From Acidimicrobiales bacterium (GTDB taxonomy: Bacteria; Actinomycetota; Acidimicrobiia; Acidimicrobiales; Ilumatobacteraceae): 24,000 nucleotides of DNA. Both the position numbers and the translations under genes were made by a program. The stretch's first letter is position 1, and each line of letters begins with the position of its first letter. Below the pieces are notes generated by a model. That model was not told the origin of the DNA. It worked only from the letters and a program-made list of their open reading frames with translations, and made no database searches. The stretch lies in the NCBI GenBank assembly GCA_038213195.1, contig JBBQTN010000044.1:4767-28766 (forward strand), given 5' to 3'. This document shows, one piece after another, positions 14,574 through 22,250 of this stretch.

Positions 14574-16379
14574 GTGAGCGACGACAGCACTCGACCCCAG
14601 TTCCAACCGCCCGTGTTCCAGCCGCCGCCGATGCCGCAGTCCGGCGGCCCGGCGTTCGGGGTGCCGCCGTCGGAGCCGACCCAGGTCATGGTCGCCAGCT
14701 CGTCCGGCGGACGCAAGCGATCGAAGGGCAAGGTCATCGGCGCAGCCGTCGCCGCGTTGGCGATCATCGCCGCGGGAGTGTTCGCCGTCACCAAGATCTC
14801 GAACAACTCCACGAAGGGCGGCGCGGCGAGCGCGACGGACGCGGGCGAGCAGTTCACGAAGGCGCTCAATGACGAGGACGTCCTCGGCGTGGTCGACCTA
14901 CTGCTCCCCGGCGAGCGCGAGACGTTCCGTCAGCCGCTGCTCGACATGGTCTCCAACCTCAAGCGGATCAACGTCCTCGACAACTCCGCCGACCCGAAGA
15001 AGGTCGGCGGTCTCGACATCAACCTCGCCGACGTGAAGGTCGTCGCGGACCAGCCGGTCGCCCCGGACATCGACACCGTCCGGATCACGGCCAGGAACGA
15101 GTCCTCGTTCAACGGGGCGCAGTTGCCGATCGGCAGCCTGCTCGTACAGGAGGCCTTCGGCGGCAGCAAGCCGGATCAGACGGCGAAGGCGGGCGGCGAC
15201 GCGGTCGACTGGAAGGTCACGACCGTCGAGAAGTCCGGCCGGTGGTACGTCAGCCTGTTCTACAGCATCGCCGAATCGGTCCGGTTGTCCTCTGCCGCTT
15301 CCGACCCGGTGCCATCCACCCCCGTGCCTCTCGTCGGGACCGACAAGCCGGAGGACGCGGTCGATCAGATGGCCAAGGCGGCGATCGCCCTCGACGTCGA
15401 GAAGATCATCGGCGGTCTCAACCCGAACGAGTTCGAGGCGTTCCAGCGCTACGCGCCGATCTTCCTCGATCGCGCCGTGAACCGGGCCGACAAGCTCGGC
15501 CTGAAGGCCGTGCTGACGGACGCGAAGTACGGCGTAACCGGCTCCGGTACGCACCGCTCGGTGAGCATCCAGGCCTTCACCATGCAGGTCACCGGGAGCG
15601 GCGACAACCAGCAGGCGAAGATCGTGCTCGCCAACGGCTGCCTCACCGTCGACAGCGCAGACAAGCACTTCGACAGCTGCACCGCCACCGCTGACATCGA
15701 CAAGAGCCTGACCCAGCTCGGTGTCTCCGACAACCCCGACCTGAAGGCGTTCATCACCTCGATCACCGACGCGTTCTCGGATTTCAAGTCGACCGGGATC
15801 GCCGTCGACCAGGTCGACGGGAAGTGGTACGTCAGCCCGATCGGCACGACCACGGACTTCCTCAACGCCGTGCTGTCGTCGCTCGACAAGAACGAGATCA
15901 CCGACATCATCGACAAAGGCAAGGCGCTCGCCGGCGACGTCGGCAACGGCACGGTGACCCTGCCGGGGCTCGGCCAGACCTCGTGCAGCGCCACGAACGA
16001 CACGACCGGCACGAGCGTCAAGTGCACGACGTCGACCGGCTCGACGACGGGGGACACGACTGCGACCGGGGACACCGCCGTTCCCGACACCGTGCCGACG
16101 GTCGACACCGACAGCAGCCCCACGGTCACGATCGGCACCGGCCCGCGGATCCCGCCGGACGGCTTCAGGTCCGACACCGAGAAGTTCATCGAGGGAGCCA
16201 TCGTCTCCGAGCAGGTCGGCACGCAGTTCTCGAATGCCGCATGTGAGACACCGTCGAGCACAGCGGTCGGTACGACGTACACATGCACTGCCGACGACCC
16301 CGACGGCAACACGTACACCTTCTCGGTGCGCATCGACTCGCCGAAGACCTTCATCATCGACAAGGTCGTGCCCGCCTGA
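14574..16379 (+). CDS. Uncharacterised membrane-anchored extracytoplasmic protein, duplicated internal module plus DUF4333-like C-terminal segment
   Basis: 601 aa: Pro-rich cytoplasmic N-terminus, one TM (VIGAAVAALAIIAAGVFAVT), two modules ending 'GRWYVSLF' / 'GKWYVSPI', Thr-rich stretch, C-terminal 'AACETPSSTAVGTTYTCTADDPDGNTYTFSVRI'. Confidence 0.78.
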   Translation: MSDDSTRPQFQPPVFQPPPMPQSGGPAFGVPPSEPTQVMVASSSGGRKRSKGKVIGAAVAALAIIAAGVFAVTKISNNSTKGGAASATDAGEQFTKALNDEDVLGVVDLLLPGERETFRQPLLDMVSNLKRINVLDNSADPKKVGGLDINLADVKVVADQPVAPDIDTVRITARNESSFNGAQLPIGSLLVQEAFGGSKPDQTAKAGGDAVDWKVTTVEKSGRWYVSLFYSIAESVRLSSAASDPVPSTPVPLVGTDKPEDAVDQMAKAAIALDVEKIIGGLNPNEFEAFQRYAPIFLDRAVNRADKLGLKAVLTDAKYGVTGSGTHRSVSIQAFTMQVTGSGDNQQAKIVLANGCLTVDSADKHFDSCTATADIDKSLTQLGVSDNPDLKAFITSITDAFSDFKSTGIAVDQVDGKWYVSPIGTTTDFLNAVLSSLDKNEITDIIDKGKALAGDVGNGTVTLPGLGQTSCSATNDTTGTSVKCTTSTGSTTGDTTATGDTAVPDTVPTVDTDSSPTVTIGTGPRIPPDGFRSDTEKFIEGAIVSEQVGTQFSNAACETPSSTAVGTTYTCTADDPDGNTYTFSVRIDSPKTFIIDKVVPA

Positions 16380-16412
16380 GAATGAGCCCGCCGGCGGCTC
16401 ACGGCCGGTCGC

Positions 16413-18263
16413 TCAGTCGACGTGGATCGGGACGCTGACGACGACCGTGTGCGGGCGGTACAGCAGCCGTGCCTTGAGCGCCAGCGCTGACTGGTTGTGC
16501 AGCCACTGGCTGCTGAACTTCGTCACGAACTCGGGGATCACCACGGTGATGATGTCGTCGTCGCGTTCGGCGTCGATCTCGTCGATGTAGTCGAGGATCG
16601 GCCGGGTCAGCTCCCGGTATGGCGACGAGATGGTGTGCAGCTCGATGCCGACCTTGAACTCGTCCCACTGCGCGCGCAACGCGTGCTCCTCCTCGGCGTC
16701 CTGCACGATCGACAGCCCGATGATCCGGTCCGGGGCGAGGCTGCGCGCGTACTGGATGGCGTCGAGCGTGCCCCTGTTGAGGCTGCCGACGAGCACGACC
16801 ACGTAGTGCGTGTGCCGCCTGGCGCGGTACCCGACGGGTGCGCGGACGGCCTCGGTGACCCGGTGGTAGTGCTTGCCGATCGCGTAGAACCCGAGCACCA
16901 TGATCGGGATCAGCGCCGCGGGGATCCAGGCGCCTTCTGTGAACTTCGAGACGACGACGATCAGCGCGATGATGCAGGTGGTGACCGCACCGATGGCGTT
17001 GATCGCCATCCCGACCTTCCAGTTCGGCTCGCGCAGGCGCAGGTGGTGCTTGACCATCCCCGCCTGGCTGAGCGTGAACCCGGTGAACACCCCGAACGCG
17101 TAGAGCGGGATCAGCTTGGAGATGTCGCCCTTGAAGACGATGATCAGGACGCTGGCGACGACCGCCAGGAACACGACGCCGTTGGAGAACACCAGGCGGT
17201 CGCCACGGTTGGCGAACTGGCGCGGCAGGAACCGGTCCTTGGCGATGATCGACGAAAGGCGCGGGAAGTCGGCGTACGCGGTGTTCGCAGCGAGGATCAG
17301 GATCGCGAACGTCGAGATCTGCATGATCCAGAACAGCACGCCCTTGCCGTTGTAGATCTGCGCGGCCATCAGCGCGATGCCGGTCGGGTCGCGATCGCCG
17401 CGTATCGGCTTGAGCTTGGCGGCCAGCACGGAGATGCCGAGGAAGCACGAGCCGAGGATCACCCCCATCCACAGCAGCGTCGTGGCCGCGTTGTGCGACT
17501 CCGGCTTCTCGAACGCCGGCACGCCGTTGGAGACCGCCTCGACGCCCGACAGCGCGACCGCACCCGACGAGAACGCGCGCAGCAGCAGCAGCAGGGTCAG
17601 CGGCTTCGCGCTCTTGGACAGCGCAACGGCGTCAGCGCTGACCTTGGCCGGATCGATCGGGCTGATGTTCTTCAGCACGAACACGCGGAGCAGCCCGACG
17701 ACGATCAACAGCAGCAGCGAGAACACGTAGATGTAGGTCGGTGGCGCGAACAGGGCGCCGGACTCCTTCAACCCGCGCAGGTTGGCGATCGTCATCCCCA
17801 GCACGCACAGCAGGCAGATCGGGACCGTCCACTTCGAGTCGAAGCCGACCGCCGACCGGATCGCGAGCACGCCGCCCGCCACGCTCACCGACACCGTGAG
17901 GATGTAGTCGACGAGCAGCGAGGAACCGGCGACGAGCGACGGCACCGTGCCGAGGTTCTCCTTGCTGACGATGTAGCTGCCGCCGCCGCTCGGATAGGCG
18001 AAGATCGTCTGGCGGTAGCTGGTGACGACGATCACCAGCAGCACCGCGACGATGATCGCGATCGGGATCAGCTTGGTGAACGCGGCGTACCCGATCGCGG
18101 CCTGGCCGAGCAGCACCACCAGGATCTCGTCGGTCGCGTACGCGGTCGACGAGATCGCATCGCTCGAGAAGACAGGCAGCGCGACCTTCTTCGAGATCCG
18201 CTGATGGCTCTCCTCGGACGTCGCGATGGGCTTGCCGATGAGGAGCCGCTTGACGACAGACAT
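16413..18263 (-). CDS. APC-superfamily permease, KimA-like potassium/amino acid transporter with C-terminal USP-like domain
   Basis: MSVVKRLLIGKPIATSEESHQRISKKVALPVFSSDAISSTAYATDEI...SYRQTIFAYPSGGGSYIVSKENLGTVPSLVAGSSLLVDYILTVSVSVAGG. This resembles B. subtilis KimA (YdaO) from memory. Cytosolic tail 'RHTHYVVVLVGSLNRGTLDAIQYARSL...'. ATG 18263 preferred over GTG 18275. Confidence 0.85.
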   Translation of the reverse strand: MSVVKRLLIGKPIATSEESHQRISKKVALPVFSSDAISSTAYATDEILVVLLGQAAIGYAAFTKLIPIAIIVAVLLVIVVTSYRQTIFAYPSGGGSYIVSKENLGTVPSLVAGSSLLVDYILTVSVSVAGGVLAIRSAVGFDSKWTVPICLLCVLGMTIANLRGLKESGALFAPPTYIYVFSLLLLIVVGLLRVFVLKNISPIDPAKVSADAVALSKSAKPLTLLLLLRAFSSGAVALSGVEAVSNGVPAFEKPESHNAATTLLWMGVILGSCFLGISVLAAKLKPIRGDRDPTGIALMAAQIYNGKGVLFWIMQISTFAILILAANTAYADFPRLSSIIAKDRFLPRQFANRGDRLVFSNGVVFLAVVASVLIIVFKGDISKLIPLYAFGVFTGFTLSQAGMVKHHLRLREPNWKVGMAINAIGAVTTCIIALIVVVSKFTEGAWIPAALIPIMVLGFYAIGKHYHRVTEAVRAPVGYRARRHTHYVVVLVGSLNRGTLDAIQYARSLAPDRIIGLSIVQDAEEEHALRAQWDEFKVGIELHTISSPYRELTRPILDYIDEIDAERDDDIITVVIPEFVTKFSSQWLHNQSALALKARLLYRPHTVVVSVPIHVD

Positions 18264-18411
18264 ACGCGGCCGCACTCTAGTGACGTGCTCACGGCGCCCC
18301 CGAAACCCTCTCCCCTCCGAATCGCGTCAAGATTTCGTTAGGGACGGGGGACGCGAGCATTCTGTTCGATCAGACTCAGACGCCCAACAACAGCCGACCG
18401 GAGGAGACCTT

Positions 18412-19077
18412 GTGCACGTGGTGATCGTCGGATGCGGACGTGTCGGCTCGTCGCTCGCGCGCGAGCTCAACGCAGCGGGCCACAGCGTCGCCATCATCGA
18501 TCGGCGGCCTGCCGCGTTCGAGCGGCTCGGCGCCAACTTCGGCGGGGCGATGGTGCCGGGCATCGGCTTCGACCGCGACCGGCTGATCGAGGCCGGCATC
18601 GAGAAGGCGGAGGCGGTGGCCGCGGTCACCAACGGCGACAACTCGAACATCCTCGTCGCTCGCGTGGCCCGCGAGACGTTCGGGATCGAGCGGGTGGTGG
18701 CACGGATCTACGACCCGCGCCGCGCGGCGATCTACCAGCGCCTCGGGATCTCGACGGTCGCAACTGCGCTGTGGACCACCGAGCGCATCCTGCGGCGGAT
18801 GCTGCCCGAGTCGTCGGCGGTGGAGTGGGTGGATCCGAGCGCCAAGGTGTCGATCGTCGAGCGCACGCTCGGCACTCCCTGGGCCGGCCATCGCCTGCTC
18901 GACGTCGAGCGGACCGGTGTGCGCGCCGTCGCGCTGAGCCGGCTCGGATCAGGGATGCTCGCCACCGCAGATCTCGTGATCCAGGAGGGCGACATCCTCT
19001 ACCTCGCGGTGTCGTCCGACGCCCTCGAACATCTCGACGAGCTGGTCGTCGGGCCGGCCCGAGCAGGGAGCCACTGA
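18412..19077 (+). CDS. trkA: TrkA-type K+ uptake regulatory protein (RCK_N/RCK_C), CeoB-like
   Basis: GTG start, (M)HVVIVGCGRVGSSLARELNAAGHSVAIIDRRPAAFERLG...; RCK_C-like C-terminus 'LATADLVIQEGDILYLAVSSDALEHLDELV'. GAGGAG upstream. Confidence 0.87.
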   Translation: MHVVIVGCGRVGSSLARELNAAGHSVAIIDRRPAAFERLGANFGGAMVPGIGFDRDRLIEAGIEKAEAVAAVTNGDNSNILVARVARETFGIERVVARIYDPRRAAIYQRLGISTVATALWTTERILRRMLPESSAVEWVDPSAKVSIVERTLGTPWAGHRLLDVERTGVRAVALSRLGSGMLATADLVIQEGDILYLAVSSDALEHLDELVVGPARAGSH

Positions 19078-19748
19078 TGAAGATCGTGATCGCAGGCGGC
19101 GGCAGCGTCGGCAGGTTCATCGGCGAGCAACTCGTCGGCAACGGTCACGACGTGCTGATCGTCGACAGCGACCCGGACGTGGTCAACCAGAACAAGCAGA
19201 TGGACAGGAACTCGGCGGTCCGCTGGCTGCGCGGCGACGGGTGCGACGTCGAGGTCCTCAAGGCCGCCGGCATGGAGCAGGCCGACGTGATCGCCGCCGT
19301 CACCGGCGACGACGAGGACAACCTGGTGATCTCCCTGCTGGCCAAGCAGGAGTTCGCCGTGCCGCGCGTCGTGGCGCGGGTCAACAACCCGAAGAACGAG
19401 TGGATGTTCAACGAGATGTGGGGCGTCGACGTCTCCGTCAGCACCCCGCACCTGATCACCGGCCTCGTCCAGGAGGCTGTCAGCGTCGGTTCGTTCGTGC
19501 GGTTGATGTCGTTCGAGGGCGGGCGCGCCCGTCTTGCCGAGGTGACGCTCGCGGCCAACTCGCCGGCCGCCGACCGCGAGGTGGTCGAGCTCGGCTTCCC
19601 CCGCGACGCGACCGTCGTCGCCGTGCTGCGCGAGGACAAGGTGGTCGTGCCCCACGGCGACACGATCTTGCGCGTCGGCGACGAGGTGATGGTGCTGATC
19701 ACCGACGAGAGCGAGGCGGCGGTGCGCCAGCTGCTCGTCGGCGAATGA
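19077..19748 (+). CDS. trkA: TrkA-type K+ uptake regulatory protein (RCK_N/RCK_C), CeoC-like
   Basis: MKIVIAGGGSVGRFIGEQLVGNGHDVLIVDSDPDVV...; 'HGDTILRVGDEVMVLITDESEAAVRQLL'. ATG overlaps the previous stop codon by one base (TGATG). Confidence 0.9.
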   Translation: MKIVIAGGGSVGRFIGEQLVGNGHDVLIVDSDPDVVNQNKQMDRNSAVRWLRGDGCDVEVLKAAGMEQADVIAAVTGDDEDNLVISLLAKQEFAVPRVVARVNNPKNEWMFNEMWGVDVSVSTPHLITGLVQEAVSVGSFVRLMSFEGGRARLAEVTLAANSPAADREVVELGFPRDATVVAVLREDKVVVPHGDTILRVGDEVMVLITDESEAAVRQLLVGE

Positions 19749-19775
19749 CAGCTCGGTCTGTCGCGGCCTCGACGG

Positions 19776-20135
19776 CTACGCGTGGGGGAGCAGCGTGTAG
19801 GCGGGGTTGAGCAGCACCCTGCGTCCCCGCTCGAGGTGGGCGACGCCTTCGAGGACGATCGCCCTGTTGTGCTCGACCCCGCCGAGCTGCCGCCGCCCCG
19901 TGAAGACGGCGGTGGCAGAGCCCGTGCCGTCGCTCACCGTGATCTCGAACGCAGGGACGCCGGAGCGGGCGGCGACGCGCATCCGGGTGATCTCTCCGCC
20001 GACGCGCACCGGGGTGCGACAGGTCATGTCGCACAGCGCCGTGACGTCGAGGCCGTGGAACCGCTCCTGCAGGCGCTGGTCGTCGAGCTCGCGCACGGAG
20101 GTCCTCAACCGCCGGCCGAGATCACGGAGTCCCAC
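19776..20135 (-). CDS. OB-fold nucleic-acid-binding domain protein (small actinobacterial type)
   Basis: Frame from GTG 20135: ...'RFHGLDVTALCDMTCRTPVRVGGEITRMRVAARSGVPAFEITVSDGTGSATAVFTGRRQLGGVEHNRAIVLEGVAHLERGRRVLLNPAYTLL'. Start codon uncertain. Confidence 0.75.
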   Translation of the reverse strand: MGLRDLGRRLRTSVRELDDQRLQERFHGLDVTALCDMTCRTPVRVGGEITRMRVAARSGVPAFEITVSDGTGSATAVFTGRRQLGGVEHNRAIVLEGVAHLERGRRVLLNPAYTLLPHA

Positions 20136-20183
20136 ATCGCCATCGTACCCATCGGTTGCGCGGCACCCGTAGGTTGATCCGCC

Positions 20184-20618
20184 GTGAAGACGAGGACGCT
20201 GCTCGTGCTCGCCGTGACGTGCGGGTTGGTGATCCTCGTCGCGGGCACGATCCAGCTGCTGCGCGTCGCCGACCAGACGACCGGTTCGCCGCCGGTGGCC
20301 GCGGGCGCGACCGCGAAGGCGGGTGACGCATCGGTGACGTTGCTCGGCGTCCAGTTCGACACCGCGACGCTGACCGCCATGGTGCGCATCGGCGGCGTCG
20401 ACGATCCACAGGGGATCAACGGGTTCACGATGGTCTCGGCCGGCTCGTCGCGCAAGGTGTCGGGAGGGACGTGCCAGGCGCTGACCGTCGCTGCGCAGCA
20501 GTGCACGCTGGTGTTCGCCAACTCCGGTCTGAAGGGCACCCCGCGGCAGCTGTTGTTCGGTCGTGCCGGTGTGCAGCTGCGGTGGGTCCTCGTCGGAATC
20601 GACGGCGCTCCGGCCTGA
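20184..20618 (+). CDS. Small secreted/membrane-anchored hypothetical protein
   Basis: 144 aa, GTG start, N-terminal hydrophobic segment MKTRTLLVLAVTCGLVILVAGTIQLL; two Cys in the mature part (GGTCQAL / QQCTLVF). Confidence 0.65.
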   Translation: MKTRTLLVLAVTCGLVILVAGTIQLLRVADQTTGSPPVAAGATAKAGDASVTLLGVQFDTATLTAMVRIGGVDDPQGINGFTMVSAGSSRKVSGGTCQALTVAAQQCTLVFANSGLKGTPRQLLFGRAGVQLRWVLVGIDGAPA

Positions 20619-20628
20619 GCGGCCGGGT

Positions 20629-20645
20629 CGTCGTCGCCGACGACG
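20629..20645 (+). terminator. Hairpin downstream of small secreted protein gene
   Basis: CGTCGTC (20629-20635), gcc loop, GACGACG (20639-20645): perfect 7-bp arms 11 nt after the stop. No T-tract. Confidence 0.35.
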
Positions 20646-20776
20646 CATCGCTCGACCGGGCGGTCCGCGCACAGCCGGGCAGCGCCGCCACCACCCGGCA
20701 ACAGCGGCCAGGATGTGCCCGACCGCTACCGTGATCGGGGCACGGGCCCGACCGGGGCCCCGGAACTGGAGCTGAC

Positions 20777-22210
20777 ATGTCCGACGCCCAGGACACCAGG
20801 ACGCACTTCGATCTCGTCGTCATCGGCGGCGGCCCCGGCGGCTACGCCACCGCGCTGTACGCCACCTCCGCAGGCATCGACGTGGCGATCGTCGAGAAGG
20901 ACGTGATGGGGGGCACCTGCCTCAACCGCGGCTGCATCCCCGCCAAGGCGTTCCTGGAGACGGCCGCGATCTACCGCGAGGTCGCCCACGCGAACGAGTT
21001 CGGGATCGAGACGAGCGGGCCCGTGGTCAACTTCGCGGTCGCCCAGGCGCGCAAGCAGAAGCTCGTCACGGGGATCTTCAAGAGCATCGTCGGGTTCAAG
21101 AACTCGAAGAAGATCACGATCCTCGACGGCGTCGGCGCGCTCGGCGCGGACCACACCGTCACCGTCGCCCACCGCGACGGCTCGACGTCCACGATCACCG
21201 GCGACAAGGTGGTGCTCGCCGCCGGCTCCGTGCCGCGCACGATCCCCGGCTTCGACGCCGGCGGGGCGATCATGACCAGCGACGAGGTGCTGATGCTCGA
21301 CGTCCTGCCGAGCCGGGTGATCGTCGTCGGCGGCGGCGCGATCGGCTGCGAGTTCGCCAGCACCTTCGCCGATCTCGGCTCGCAGGTGACGATCCTCGAG
21401 GGCCTCCCGAAGATCCTCCCCGGCCTCGACACCGACGTCGCCAACGTCGTCGTGCGCAGCTTCAAGAAGAAGAAGATCGACATCCGCACCGGTGTGCGCG
21501 TCAACGGCCACACGCCCAACGACGCCGGCGGGACGACGGTGCACTTCACGCCGTCGGGCTCCGATGCCGAGGAGCACCTCGAGGTGGACGCGGTCGTTGT
21601 CAGCGTCGGGCGCAGGCCCTACGCCGACCAGCTCGGCCTCGACGCCACGTCGGTGAAGGTCGACAGCCGCGGCTTCGTCGACGTCGACGAGTTCTGCCGC
21701 ACCGCAGAACCCGGCGTCTACGCAGTCGGCGACCTGATCAACACCCCGCAGCTCGCCCACGTCGGCTACGCCGAGGCGATCCTCGTCACCAAGGACATCC
21801 TCGGCGAGCACCCGTTCCCTGTGGCCTACGACAGGGTGCCGTGGGCGATCTACTGCGACCCGGAGGTCGCCTTCGTCGGCCCGAGCGAGCAGGCCGCTCG
21901 CGAGGCCGGCATCGACGTCGTCGTCGCCAAGCACCAGTTCCGCGCCAACAGCCGCGCCCAGATCCTCGGCCAGCTCGACGGTCTGGTGAAGATCATCGCC
22001 AAGAAGCAGGCCGACGGCACCGCGGGGCAGATCCTCGGCGTGCACATGGTCGGCCCGTGGGTCACCGAGCAGCTCAGTGGCGGCTACCTGGCCGTCAACT
22101 GGGAGGCAACGGTCGAAGAGACGGCTGCGTTCATCCAGCCCCACCCGAGCCTCACCGAGCTGTTCGGCGAGACCGTATTGTCATTGACCGGCCGCAGCCT
22201 CAACGTCTGA
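20777..22210 (+). CDS. lpdA: Dihydrolipoyl dehydrogenase
   Basis: 477 aa; FDLVVIGGGPGGYATALYA; redox motif 'GGTCLNRGCIPAKAFLE'; C-terminal 'HPHPSLTE'-like segment 'IQPHPSLTELFGETV'. Confidence 0.96.
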   Translation: MSDAQDTRTHFDLVVIGGGPGGYATALYATSAGIDVAIVEKDVMGGTCLNRGCIPAKAFLETAAIYREVAHANEFGIETSGPVVNFAVAQARKQKLVTGIFKSIVGFKNSKKITILDGVGALGADHTVTVAHRDGSTSTITGDKVVLAAGSVPRTIPGFDAGGAIMTSDEVLMLDVLPSRVIVVGGGAIGCEFASTFADLGSQVTILEGLPKILPGLDTDVANVVVRSFKKKKIDIRTGVRVNGHTPNDAGGTTVHFTPSGSDAEEHLEVDAVVVSVGRRPYADQLGLDATSVKVDSRGFVDVDEFCRTAEPGVYAVGDLINTPQLAHVGYAEAILVTKDILGEHPFPVAYDRVPWAIYCDPEVAFVGPSEQAAREAGIDVVVAKHQFRANSRAQILGQLDGLVKIIAKKQADGTAGQILGVHMVGPWVTEQLSGGYLAVNWEATVEETAAFIQPHPSLTELFGETVLSLTGRSLNV

Positions 22211-22250
22211 GCCGCCGCTCGCCGACAGATCGCGAAGGAGCACACCCATC

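Noticed and set aside
16391-16408. Terminator hairpin between the 14574-16379 gene and the permease
   Set aside because: Only CCGGC/GCCGG 5-bp arms in a very GC-rich 33-bp gap; too weak to call.
18264-18411. ydaO-type (c-di-AMP) riboswitch upstream of the KimA-like gene
   Set aside because: I could not recognise the consensus pseudoknot motifs on either strand by eye. Left as a region to test rather than a call.
20726-22144. 472-aa minus-strand ORF antisense to lpdA
   Set aside because: Composition-driven shadow of a strongly supported lpdA.
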